A stretch of 63,582 bases of DNA, filler included, from Folioceros fuciformis (taxonomy: Eukaryota): assembly GCA_049999805.1 (NCBI GenBank). It is 13 parts of 13 records of this genome, joined end to end, with 100 filler letters (N's around TTAATTAATTAA, not from the genome) between each part and the next. Parts side by side here need not be neighbours in the genome. Positions count along the whole stretch, not along the records: positions 1 to 6,172 come from JBNGIO010002118.1; positions 6,273 to 14,831 come from JBNGIO010002119.1; 11 more parts are not named here. One strand, written 5' to 3'. Within the stretch, counting starts at the first letter, position 1. Every line of letters begins with the position of its first letter. A program made the translations under genes and the position numbers. The notes below the pieces were generated by a model that had not been told where the DNA came from, did no database searches, and worked only from the letters and a program-made list of their open reading frames with translations. Positions 1 through 10,904 of this stretch are shown in pieces.

Positions 1-2026
1 CATTGCGCCTACTGCGCTGGCGCGTTTCCCACCCCTTGGAATAGCAGCATCCCGCTTCAGGTACTCGACTCGAATCAATTTCTATGCCACTTCAACACCA
101 GTTGTTTTGGGGCACTTGTCGTCTTGTTCAGTCCCAACATTCAATTCGTTCCTTGTCGTAATTTGTTGTTGTCGTTGAACATTGAACACTGCATTCGCTT
201 TGCTCAAAGGCAAAGCGTGTCGAAATGTGTGTTTCATTTACGCTGTAGTCGTGGTTGTTGTTGTCGCCATTGTTAATCAACATTGAACATCGCACAAGGA
301 AGAACGATGTTGATGGAACGCATGGGCAGATTCACTGGTCCTGGCTGTTGATGCCGTGGCATCGATGGTTTTTGTTCTTCCACGAAAGGATTTTGGCGTC
401 GCTCCTCGGGGACCGCACCTTTGCTCTTCCTTTCTGGAATTGGGACAACCAGGATCCCACGCTCAGGCTGGGTGAGGACGGCGAGCTGGAGTTTCTGCCC
501 GGAATGATCCCTAAAGCCTACGTGAAACAACCGTTTCTGAGAAACTGTAGCAGGACTGTGAAGAGGCAGCCTCCCAGCCTCGTAGACCTCCGGTTTAACG
601 TGTTCGTATACCCGGAGCAGGTTACGAATCCTCTCAACCTGCCGCCCGACGCCCTTCGCCGCTCCAATCTCAACATCATGCATCAGGCAAGAGATGCCTC
701 CTTTCTGAAAGAGTGGATTCATTTATTTGTTCGTCTGGTGATGTGCGTGGACACACTGTCAACGTTGGACATCGAATTCAGAAGAATGTCGGCAATCTCG
801 AACCTGACATGCGTGCTTGCTGTCCAGGTAATGGTGGCAGGAAGCGGAACAGCAAGTTTGTTTATGGGCGAAGCATATCGGTATGGGGATCCCGCGGAGC
901 CGACTTTTGACCTTAAATCCAGATTCGGGACCCTGGAAATGGGCCCTCACTCCAACGTTCATGTTTCTACCGGCAACGAATCCACGCCTGACTACGCTGA
1001 GATGGGCAACATCGGCATTTCTGCTCGGGATCCTACATTCTACACTCACCACGGCAACATCGATAGGCTTTGGGAGGTACATTTAGCTCATTGACAACGT
1101 TAAGTCATCGCAAAGTTTGTTCATGGAAGCCTTGTCTTCCTCCCATCCCTATCTAATTCGTTCTTCCGTGTTGACATCTGATGCAACTACTTAGAACTAG
1201 CACGCTGTGCTTGCCTGAATTTCCCTGCTGATGAAGGTGTGGAAAAGCATACCGGGAGGATCGAGAACCGACTTGACGGACCCTGACTTTCTCGACACAG
1301 AGTTCGTCTTCTACGATGAGAAAGGTGATTTGGTAAGCTGATGACAATCTGCTTTCCCCTGGCAAATTTGCCAGCCAGGATTGTAACAGCAACTGCGTGA
1401 AAGACAGGTAGCAAGAAATCGACAAGACTGCTCGGATTCACCTCTGAGTCACATACCTGCAGGTGAAGGTGCGCGTGGAAGACTCACTGGATCTTCTCAA
1501 GATGCGCATCGGCTACCAGCCCATGGACGAAGGTGACAACGAGTGGATCCGTTACAACGCAACCGCATGCTCCACCCTGTCTCCCGCAAAGGCGAAAGAT
1601 TGGGTGTCCGGGCTCTCCAAGAAAACCAAGAACATAGTGGTGAAGGTAGACGGAAAGCCCACCGAGCTGGCCGTGCCCAGGCCAGCCACCCGGTCAGGGG
1701 AGTGGGAAGAGGTGCTGGTCCTGGAGGGCGTGCGGGCTAACTGGGCTCAGCCGGCACACTTGGAGGTGTTCCTCATGCTTCCCGGGGTCACACCGAAGAC
1801 TTCGGCCACCTGCGCAGAGCTTGCCGGCCTCCTGACCACCGCCCCTTACTACGGCCCCGACCGAAACTTCTCTCTCAGCTTGGGCATCGGCCCAATACTA
1901 CAGCAGCTGGGCGTCTCTGATTTTCGCACAGTAGGCGTTTCGCTCCTTCCAGGCCCCCAACATACCCATGATCGGCCCCTAACAATTGCCAGCGTCTCCA
2001 TCCAACTGGAACAGACCTACTCATGA
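1..2026 (+). CDS. PPO: Polyphenol oxidase PPO-1 (tyrosinase/catechol oxidase family), 5'-truncated at window edge; exons <1-60, 330-686, 828-1076, 1237-1332, 1463-2026
   Basis: CuA HCAYC...[22 protein letters not shown]; CuB PHSNVH...[19 protein letters not shown]-like [15 protein letters not shown]-terminal EEVLVLEG. Internal exon lengths (357, 249, 96) equal those of the paralog at 8792-10904. Confidence 0.95.
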
Positions 2027-2646
2027 AGATTCACAAACCTAGTAAAAGCACACGTCCGAAGCACACGACGGGAGGTCCGTGACAAATGCCATTGTTCCCC
2101 TTCGGAAACTCTAGAGATGATGTACTTTCAAATCCAGATTTATCCCATTGGCTGACGCGTGCCGCTGTTTCCCCTTAAGACACTTCTCACCCTGTAGCCA
2201 TCTCCTCTCATTCGCAACCAGAAATGGGGTGGATAAGAATATTAGTAACCGTCTATGATGGTAGTTTCAAGGGTACATAGCGGACTGACGTAAACAAAAA
2301 CTCCAATAAGATCGCTGAAGATTTGGAACATAGTTGGAAGGCAGTCGCCTCACAGAGTGTCGTCTAGGAGAAACTGAGGTCAAAATGCTCTTGTTGGATA
2401 AACTGACAGGTTGCAGTTACTAAGGCTTGTCGAATGGTGTGCAGATTCTGAAAAGATAGGTATTACATTTGAAGGTGAAGCCCGGTGATGTTACAAAGCG
2501 CACAGTAGAGAGGAAACCAAGCCGGCATTTGTGAACAAGCGCTTATATCTTTACAGATCCTACAGCACAAAAAATGAGAAACGCCTATGTCGCCTACTTT
2601 GCTCCTGCTACCGTCATCTTACAACGTCTGTCCCAGAGAGAAGTGC

Positions 2647-3903
2647 TCACTTCTGTGCAAAAGCCTGCAACCACGATAGGACAATGACGACTTATCAGCT
2701 CAGGTCGGCACTGCACTGCACGAGAGAAGTCGTTGTTCACGGGAAAAAGCAGTGTGTGCTTACAGCAAAGATTGTAGCGTGGCCAGGGTCAGCAAGGTGG
2801 GCGAACAGGTTGTCGATGGGACCAGTTCCTGTGTAAACGGCCTGGAACCAGGCGCCGATGACAGCCAACATGGCGAGTCTTCCATTCTTGATTTCCTTGG
2901 TCCTCAGCTCCTTGATCTTCTCAGGAGAGCCAGAGCCCCAGCCGAAGGGGTCAAACCAGAAGCCACCAGGGTAACCGACATCTGTTCCTGTCAGCTTGTT
3001 GTTGGGGAAGACGGGATCCACGTTCACGGATCCCGGCTTAATAATGTCCGCCCATCTGCGGCCCTCGGCCCATCCCAGCAGGATGAGCTCCACCACGAAG
3101 AGGGTGGTAGGGTCGGCGAAGTACTCCGCCTCTCCGGCAGTGTACCACGACGGGGTGTTGAGAATTCCGATCTTGGTCAACAGCTCGGGAATGAAAATCC
3201 CGGCAGCTCCCAGCATTGCCCAGCGGGAATGCACAATCTCAGCTTGCACGAACCACTTTAACAGCTCGGGGTCAGATCCTGCGACAAACAAACCGAACCC
3301 AAGGGCTGTGAGAAAACCCGTCCGCGAGGACAATCCCTCTCAAACCAGATTCAGGACATGGGCGGACTCGATCCTCACCAAGGCCAAGAGGGTCGAATCC
3401 GAAGTCGGCGGGCAGGCTGTGCAAAGCAAACCCAGAAAATGAAATCGTGAGATCCCCACCTCAACTGCACAATGATTACAGAACCCAAAACCAGAGCATC
3501 ATCAAACAAGCACCTGCCGTCAAGCCACTCGGGAGCAGTGCTGCCAGGGAACCACAGCGGTCTCTCGGGGGCTGCGGCACGGACGGCGAACGAGGCCTTG
3601 GCCGACGAGGCGGCGACCCTGGTCTGGCGCAGAGCCCGGCCAGAGAGGAAGGAAGCCTTCACGGCGCCCACGTTCTGCACATTCTTCTGTGCGCTGCCAA
3701 GCCAGGCGCCCAATCACCCAACAGAGTCAGCCAGGACACCGCATAGCGCAAATTTCACAAACGGCATTGCACCCTGGGGCCTGCATTTCCACAGGCGAGC
3801 AGCTCTGGCCCTGGGGCAGGGCAGGTTGGAGGGGCACAAACCTGGTGGAGGGGGCCGCAGCGACGGCTGCGACCCTGGAGGAGGCACAGACAGCGGCCGC
3901 CAT
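2647..3903 (-). CDS. LHCA2: Photosystem I chlorophyll a/b-binding protein Lhca2; exons 3903-3842, 3693-3514, 3416-3379, 3278-2764, 2664-2647
   Basis: Transit peptide then [84 protein letters not shown]; all junctions GT-AG and in frame. Confidence 0.95.
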
Positions 3904-4385
3904 GTCTGCAGACGGTAAGGAGAGCGCGCCTCAATACAGGCTCCCCGGCGGACTGGAGGCGGATGGCAATCGGACTGGAGGTGAGGACGGCCCAGCAGCG
4001 GTGCAGCAATACTCCTTGTCGCAGGCGGGAGAGAGGGGAAGGCCTGACCCGGGGCCAATGGACACTTGCAGAATCGGCTTGGCGACCAATCAGCTGCCTC
4101 ACCATCCTATCTACCTTTGTTATCCAGGCCCCGTTATTTTCACCCCGGCTTCTGCCTCTAAACCACACACCCATTGGCTGCCCATGGATATCTTTCCAAG
4201 CGCTGGACTAGCACCCGCTACCACCGTAATGCCACCGTGACGGCGACAAACAAACCAACACAGACTTTTATTTATGGATTCATGAAGCACAGTTTGGATA
4301 AATTCACTGCCTTATTTTGGACCTTTTCTATCTTGGACAACGGGATGCTAGGATCACTTGCTCACTAGTACAATCTAGAGTAGGG

Positions 4386-4560
4386 CTAGTGACACCACAT
4401 CCGCTAGTGAAATGCAGTCCTCCTTTGAGGTTAATAACACCACATTTGCTAGTGAAGTGCAATCCTCGTCTTGAATTAGTGACACCACATCTACTAGTGA
4501 AATGCAGTACTCCTTTGGAGTTAGTGACACCACATTTGCTAGTGAAATGCAATCCTCCTT
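4386..4560. repeat. 45-bp tandem repeat, about 4 copies
   Basis: Units begin at 4386, 4431, 4476, 4521; consensus ttagtgacaccacatttgctagtgaaatgcaatcctcctttggag. Confidence 0.9.
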
Positions 4561-5299
4561 CAGCCGAGAAAGGTAAGCTTGAAGATGTTGTTGAGCATAG
4601 TATAAGAATTCACTCTTGTAAGGAAAGATGTCACCCACCTCAACCAAAAGAGAATATGATGTCGCAAACATATCATCTATAGCGCTTTTGTTGCTAGCCC
4701 AATGAGCAAAGTGGGTTCTTGACTCATCAAGGGGCAGCCCACAAGTACAATCTTGGAAGGGGCACACAAAAAGCTAGGCCAAGTCTAAGCAAAACCACAA
4801 AAGAGATTCCTCGTTATACAAAGAAAAAGAGGCTAGTGCAATTTGGAAGGTTGAGCATGAAGCCATGAACGTGCTCCCTTATGAAAGGGAATGAGGTGGG
4901 CCCAAGCTTCCCTAGGAATGGAAGAATCTCAAAGGAGCACTAGTTAACCTGCATGCTACTCTTTTTCGTGGAAGAAGGTTCAGATTATAAAGGTTTGTGG
5001 CAAGAACAAGGGGACAGAGATAGGTCAAGGATCTCAAAGACCGCTCTCCCTACCCTACTCTAGCTAAATAGAAGGTCCTTAGACTGTATACTATTGAGAG
5101 AGCATATGCTAACCCTTCTTCCATAGTGAGCAAAAAAGTTCAGGAGCACCTACCCACTCCATAGACTTGAATGGTTCCAAACCCCCCCTCTTACCGAATA
5201 AGGAGGCCAACCTATTACCACTCTTTGCTCTTGAACTAATGTGGTGTGGTCGCCCTCACACCTTCAGCTGCAATCAAAATATCTTCGCAATTTTTTTAT

Positions 5300-6000
5300 A
5301 ACGAGGATTTTGCTGCCAATGGCACTTTCCCCCCATACACCATTGCCAATCACTTAAGCCAAAGTCCATGGAGGCATGAGCTCCACACCAAGCCCCACCA
5401 TTGCTTTTGAAAGAGTGGTTTGCTTGAGACACCATCAAGGCCGAAGAGGGTTGTCTCTTCTGAGATCATAACATTGATGTTAGGGAAGAGGGATTGGAGC
5501 CACTTGCTCACCTCCCTCCAGACAAAATGCATTCGCATCGAAAAAACAAATGTTGGCTTTTGTTGGGAGCGATGCATGTCCAGCAGAATTCCTCCCTTGT
5601 AGTGATCAACAACCCATCCCACTTATCTACCGATGGTAAACGCGCTTAAAGAAACCCCAAATCAGCAATCTGGCCTTTGGGGGTATGCCCACTACCGTCC
5701 ACATGAACCTAACTGCAGCTCGTTGCCAGCGTGCTGAAAGCCTCAATTTGGGAACCATCAGTTGGCGCTTATAACTCCTCTGCACCTGGATCAGCCAGTG
5801 GTACATATATGCAGTACAATGGTTAAACAATGATCGGAAACCAACTTGATGGCTTTGCCGCCGTTTGGGCCACCTAAAAAGGCCTAGCCGCATGGTGATT
5901 TCCCAATTTTTGACAACTTTGAACCAACACCAACTCAAGGAGTTAGTTGTGGACTTGCACCTCCTTGTGCGCTCCTCCTTACGCCACCTCCTTGCTCATG
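5300..6000 (-). mobile_element. Degenerate LINE (L1-like) ORF2 C-terminal remnant (zf-RVT region)
   Basis: Broken frames give FMWTVVGIPPKARLLIW, VWREVSKWL and WWGLVWSSCLHGLWLK, typical of plant LINE zf-RVT tails; stops and frameshifts; boundaries approximate. Confidence 0.6.
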
Positions 6001-6172
6001 CAGTATGGGACAACACCGTGATGGGTCTTAATTCCCCGTAGATCGCCACCCCCTTTTCCAACAAACCATAGGGTGTGATGACTCTAAAGGACTAACTTGT
6101 TTGTTGTTCACCATAGAGGAAGACAAATACTATAGAGTCCAACTTCGAGGGTGCTTGATCCTCCTCCCTTCT

Positions 6173-6272
6173 NNNNNNNNNNNNNNNNNNNNNNNNNNNN
6201 NNNNNNNNNNNNNNNNTTAATTAATTAANNNNNNNNNNNNNNNNNNNNNNNNNNNNNNNNNNNNNNNNNNNN
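6173..6272. other. Artificial contig spacer (44 N + TTAATTAATTAA + 44 N); identical spacers start at 14832, 18193, 23225, 26963, 29000, 36016, 38072, 48226, 54166, 56331, 60199
   Basis: Twelve identical 100-bp blocks; the 12-mer places stops in all six frames. Confidence 0.98.
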
Positions 6273-6455
6273 GCGCTTGGGCAGGACGGGGCAGCACTCG
6301 ATTTTCTGCCGCAGGTTGATGGACGGAAAGTAAGCAGAAGCGGTGTGACACTTGCTCAGATCCGGCGCGGGCACAGGGAGGCCAGAGCCCGCGGGAGCCA
6401 TGGCTACCATCACTATCCCCAGCAGCAGGGGCACCAGGCTAGCCATCACCTCCAT
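6273..6455 (-). CDS. PPO: PPO-3 N-terminus (signal peptide and start of mature protein), truncated by gap
   Basis: [39 protein letters not shown]...[10 protein letters not shown] is colinear with PPO-2 exon 1; TATA-like CATATAAG near 6523-6530 on the minus strand. Confidence 0.88.
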
Positions 6456-7974
6456 CGCCTTCACCCACACGCAACACGATGCTTTCGCCTCCGATTGCTC
6501 AAACTGCAAGCTTCGTCGCAAACTTATATGAAGTGGTGATCTCGGATACCACCCGGCCCACGCCCTTCATGGAATGGTACGGAACTTGCCGCGCAGCTTC
6601 CTGCGCTCATGCCTAACAGCATCCTGGGAGGCAACGACCTTCCTCCCCGCCGCTAAGGCCTGCTCTCTTGATTCTCTCGTAGATTAGATTTGCTTTGTTT
6701 TCCTTTTTCAATTCGACCTTGAGAGAGAAGGAACCCTGGGCAGAAAAGATGTGTGAGTCAGGTTTCTGATATTTCGTCGCATATGACGTTGCATGCATTC
6801 TCACTGGCCCCAGACAGATGAACTGGCCGAGTCTTATCAGGCAGGGCCGCCTTTTCAGAGCTTCGTCAAGGCCAAACCTCAGTGATTGTGCCAGGCAGCG
6901 GGTAAGGTGACCCAACAAAACAGCTCTTGCGAGTGACGAGGGATTGCAAGCTTGCAGGATTCAAAAAGATTACAACCGCATCCACATGTCGCTCTTGTAT
7001 CTCCATTTGTGAGCCTTGCTGATTACGCAATGCAGGATGGAGCATAAAGCTGCGCTGCGGAGACGGTCTCCTTGGCCTCGGGCCCTCCGGGACTCACTCG
7101 TTTGAACATCCTTTTTCCAGCCAAGACCCTAATTCGTTCAGTCTCGCTCAGCAAACACAAGATGGAATGAACGGAATCAGTTTAATTTCCACACTGGTAC
7201 TATCTTGCACAAAAGCGTGCCGTACCAAATCATATACACATTCAAAGCATCTGCAATAATATGCCTACCACAACTCTCACCTTGAGACACATGGCGGGGT
7301 GGACAGTGTACATTGTTTAAGGGTTTCCCATGGGTATTAGCCGAATATTCCCTTTTGATGCCTATATTTTTCCTGTCCCTTTTCTTAAACCAACCAAACT
7401 GGACGCCGCACCAAAGGGAACATGGCTCAACGGTTACAGCCCGTTTTGGGCTGGATGCCGGGCGGCCTTAGGGCAGAAAGCCCAAATACGTCCTGTAACC
7501 GGACATGCTTGCACTTTTCATGTCCGGTTTGGTTTTGGGTTTAGGGTTACGGTTACGCGCCAAAGCGGACGCATAACCTGTGGTTTTGTAAAAAAACCTA
7601 GAGAGAGGGGGCGTGTCCCCTTTGGTATGCCATAGTGGAGTGACTCCTTCCCAAATGGCGAAGCGGGCGAAGTGCAGATACACTGAAAGCAGGAGAGTGC
7701 GTCTGGAAAATGATGTATGTACAAGTCTAAATAAGCGTCGGTTTGGGGACCCTAACCCTAACCCTAAGTTCGTGCAGCTACCAATAGCAGCTGCGAAGAA
7801 CAGTGTGGTATGAGCAAAAGGAAATTTGACGGTACCCTCTTGATGTGCCCTAACATACAGAGTGCCATCATATCCCACATGCTTAGGGATCTTTCACTCG
7901 CCCGAAATCTCTCACACCTGACAACTTTCTGGCAAGTTGTCGAATTTTTGACCATAGGACAATATTCTGACGGC

Positions 7975-8615
7975 TTTTAGACTTTCACGATGATGCCCCT
8001 GTCCGTACCTGCAGTCTTCTATCCATGTCGATGGTTCTGACCATCTTTGGATAACCTCAGATATGGATGTGCTGCTGCGTGTTCATCCAGAATGGGCCGT
8101 GGTATGGAACATATCTCTTCAAGAGTTATCAAGCTGTGAGCAGAAATCCTCTGGTTCTTGTGTCCTTCCGGTTGGACGTGGCAAAACTATATCCCATGCT
8201 GAGGAGAACGGAGTGCTAACCACCTGCCGTGGTTACATCCCCCGTACAAGGCGTGAGAGAAGAGAGTTCCACGAATGCACTCGTGGAATACTCTGTTGCT
8301 CCAGGCGGTTGGGTGAAACCCAAGATACAGTACAGGGCTGGAGTCCGAGTCCGATTGGTACTCACACCTGTGATTCACCTATGATTCCGCATCCAAATTT
8401 TCCTGCGATTACGCTGACTGTCCCTCATCTTTCTCTGCGTCCCGAATTGAAGATTCCAAGCAGGAGGGCAGGCTCAGTCCCAGCAGATTATTCAGTCGTC
8501 ATCTTTCTCTGCGTCTCGAATACTGGGCGAAGAAGAACGTGCACCTTGTTCTTTGATGGCAAACCGCAGAGCACCTTTGTGGGAACCCGGGTCATGGCAG
8601 AAACGGAATGCACTG
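7975..8615 (-). pseudogene. Decayed pirin copy (last two exons)
   Basis: Colinear nucleotide similarity to 12935-13600, e.g. gctgctgcgtgttcatc, gagcagaaa, ccggttgga, tcccatgctga, ggagtccgagt, acacctgtgatt, ggcaggctc, gcagagcac; indels destroy the frame. Confidence 0.85.
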
Positions 8616-8791
8616 GAGCATACCAGTCGGTCTCGACGAAGGTAAAAATTGCTGCATTCCATTTCGTCCTTCATAATGAGAACAAGAGAATTATGAAGGA
8701 CAAGTCTACAAGCTTTGATGGCCAGGCTGCTGCTGTGCTATTTAGGTGTGTGTAGTAGGGTCTAGGGTTTATGTGTCAGCAGGGAAGGATG

Positions 8792-10904
8792 TCAAGAATC
8801 GCCTTCTTGCTGCAGCTGGATGGAGACGCTGCCGATTATTAAGGGCTGATCCTGGGTATGTTGGGGGCCTGGAAGGAACGAAACTCCTACTGTGGAGAAA
8901 TCCGAGACGCCCAACAGCTCCAGTTTGGAGCCTAAGCCTAGGCTGAGGGAGAAGGTGCGGTCGGGCCCGACGTAAGGGGTGGTAGTCATGAGTCCGACAA
9001 ACTCTGCGCAGGTGGCTGAAGTGTTGGTTGTGACGTTGGGAAGCATGAGGAACACCTCCAAGTGTGCGGGCTGAGCCCAGTCAGCACGCATGCTGTTCAG
9101 GACCAGCACCTCCTCCCACTTCCCGGGCTTGGGGTCCGGTCTGGACACGGCAACCTCGGTTAGTTCTCCATCCACCACCACCACATCCTGCGTGCTTGTG
9201 CTCTTGGAGAGCCCGGACACCCAAGCTTGGGCCTCTGCCGGGGACAGGGTGGAGCAAGCGGTTGCGTTGTAACTCATCCACTCGTTGTCACCGTCGTCCA
9301 TCGGCTGGTAACTGATACCCATCTTCAAAAGATCCAGTGAGTCTCCCACACGCACCTTTACCTGCAGGGTGAATCCCACGCAGTCTTCTCAATACTGTCC
9401 CAGCTCAATACTGTTACACTTGAACCTGGACCTAGCCTGGTTCACACCTGGACCTCGCCAGGCTGAGGAATTCGTACCAAATACAGTTGGACCTAGCCTG
9501 GCTGAGGAATTCGTACCAAATCAGAATTCTCATCGTAGAAGACAAACTCGGTGTCGAGAAAGTCAGGGTCTGTGAAATCACTTCTCGATCCTCCCGGAAT
9601 GCTTTTCCAGACCTTCACCAAGTTTGAAAGATCGGTGGAAAAATGAATGACTTCAGGACAGAAGGATTCGAATGACTGAAACATGATCTCAGTACCTCCC
9701 AAAGGCGGTCAATGTTGCCATGGTGCGAGTAAAAAACAGGATCCCGAGCTGAAACGCCGATGTTGCCCATCTCAGCATAGTCAGGCGTGGACTCGTTGCC
9801 TGTGGAGACGTGAACGTTGGCATGAGGGCCAGTTTCTAGGGTCCCAAATCGGGATTGAGGTTGCGGGAATGGCTCCGTGGGATCCCCATACCGGTATGCT
9901 TGGCCCAGGAATAAACTGGCTGTCCCACTTGCACTCACCATCACCTGAACACCAGCTATATCAGGGGTCATGAGCAGTGGCTTGTCTCATCCACTAACTT
10001 GACTGAAGAATTGTCTCATCCCCTAAGATAATGGAAGAAATCTGAAGGAAAAAAAATGGCAGGTCTTGCCTGATGCATGATGTTGAGATTGGAACGGCGA
10101 AGGGCGTCAGGAGGCAGGTTGAGAGGCCTCTCAACCTGCTCTGGGTGCCTTAAAACGTTAAACCGGAGGTCTATTAGGCTGGGAGGCAGCCTCTTCACAG
10201 TCCTCTTGCAGTTGCTCAAAAACGGTTGGTTCACGTAAGCTTTAGGGATCATGGTCGGCAGATACTCCAGCTCGCCGTCCGCACCGAGCCTCAGCGTAAG
10301 ATCCTGATTGTCCCAATTCCAGAAGGGAAGCGCAAAGGTGCGATCCCCTAGAAGAGACGCCAGAATTCGTTCGTGAAAGAAGAGGAACCATCGATGCCAA
10401 GGCATCAGCAGCCATGACCAGTGAATCTGTCCATGCACGCTTTGGGTTGAGCATTCGCAATGCTCAACAACAAATCTTCTGTTGGACTGACAATGACATT
10501 ACCTGAAGCGCGACACTGCTATTCCAAGGGGTGGGAAACGCGCCAGCGCAGTAGGCGCAATGGAGGTTGGTCTGCTGCGTGAGGGAGCGAGGGTCGTCGT
10601 CGGGTAAGCTGCTCATGAGTTGGTACGCCCGATTGAGGCGAGCGCTATCCTCCGGGCTGAGCTGCTGAGCCGCCGGCCGCAACCGCGGCGGCCATCCCTC
10701 GAGACTGACCCACGAAAAATTCTTCATGGGGCGTTTGGGTAGAACGGGACAACACTGGATTTCCCGCACCAAGTCGCTAGAAGGGAAGTAAGAAAAAGCG
10801 GTGTGACAATTGGCCAAATCCGGCGCGGGCACAGGCAGCCCGCCGACCGTGGGAGCCATGGCCAGGAGCAGACTGGCTACAACCAGGCCCACCGCCGCCT
10901 CCAT
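8792..10904 (-). CDS. PPO: Polyphenol oxidase PPO-2, complete, with predicted signal peptide; exons 10904-10503, 10426-10070, 9944-9696, 9612-9517, 9361-8792
   Basis: APDLANC...[23 protein letters not shown], CuA and CuB His motifs and C-terminal domain; every exon length is a multiple of 3 with phase-0 introns. Confidence 0.95.

Noticed and set aside
4386-4560. CRISPR-like appearance of regular repeats (also 38665-38980, 40346-40605, 51514-51972)
   Set aside because: Units are contiguous or irregularly spaced, with no unique fixed-length spacers, no cas genes and a plant nuclear context.
6217-6228. TTAATTAATTAA palindrome recurring 12 times
   Set aside because: Always centred in 44+44 Ns: an assembly linker, not biology.
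8063-8755. 230-aa plus-strand ORF
   Set aside because: Antisense to the pirin pseudogene, no motif; probably chance, though a de novo ORF cannot be excluded without expression data.
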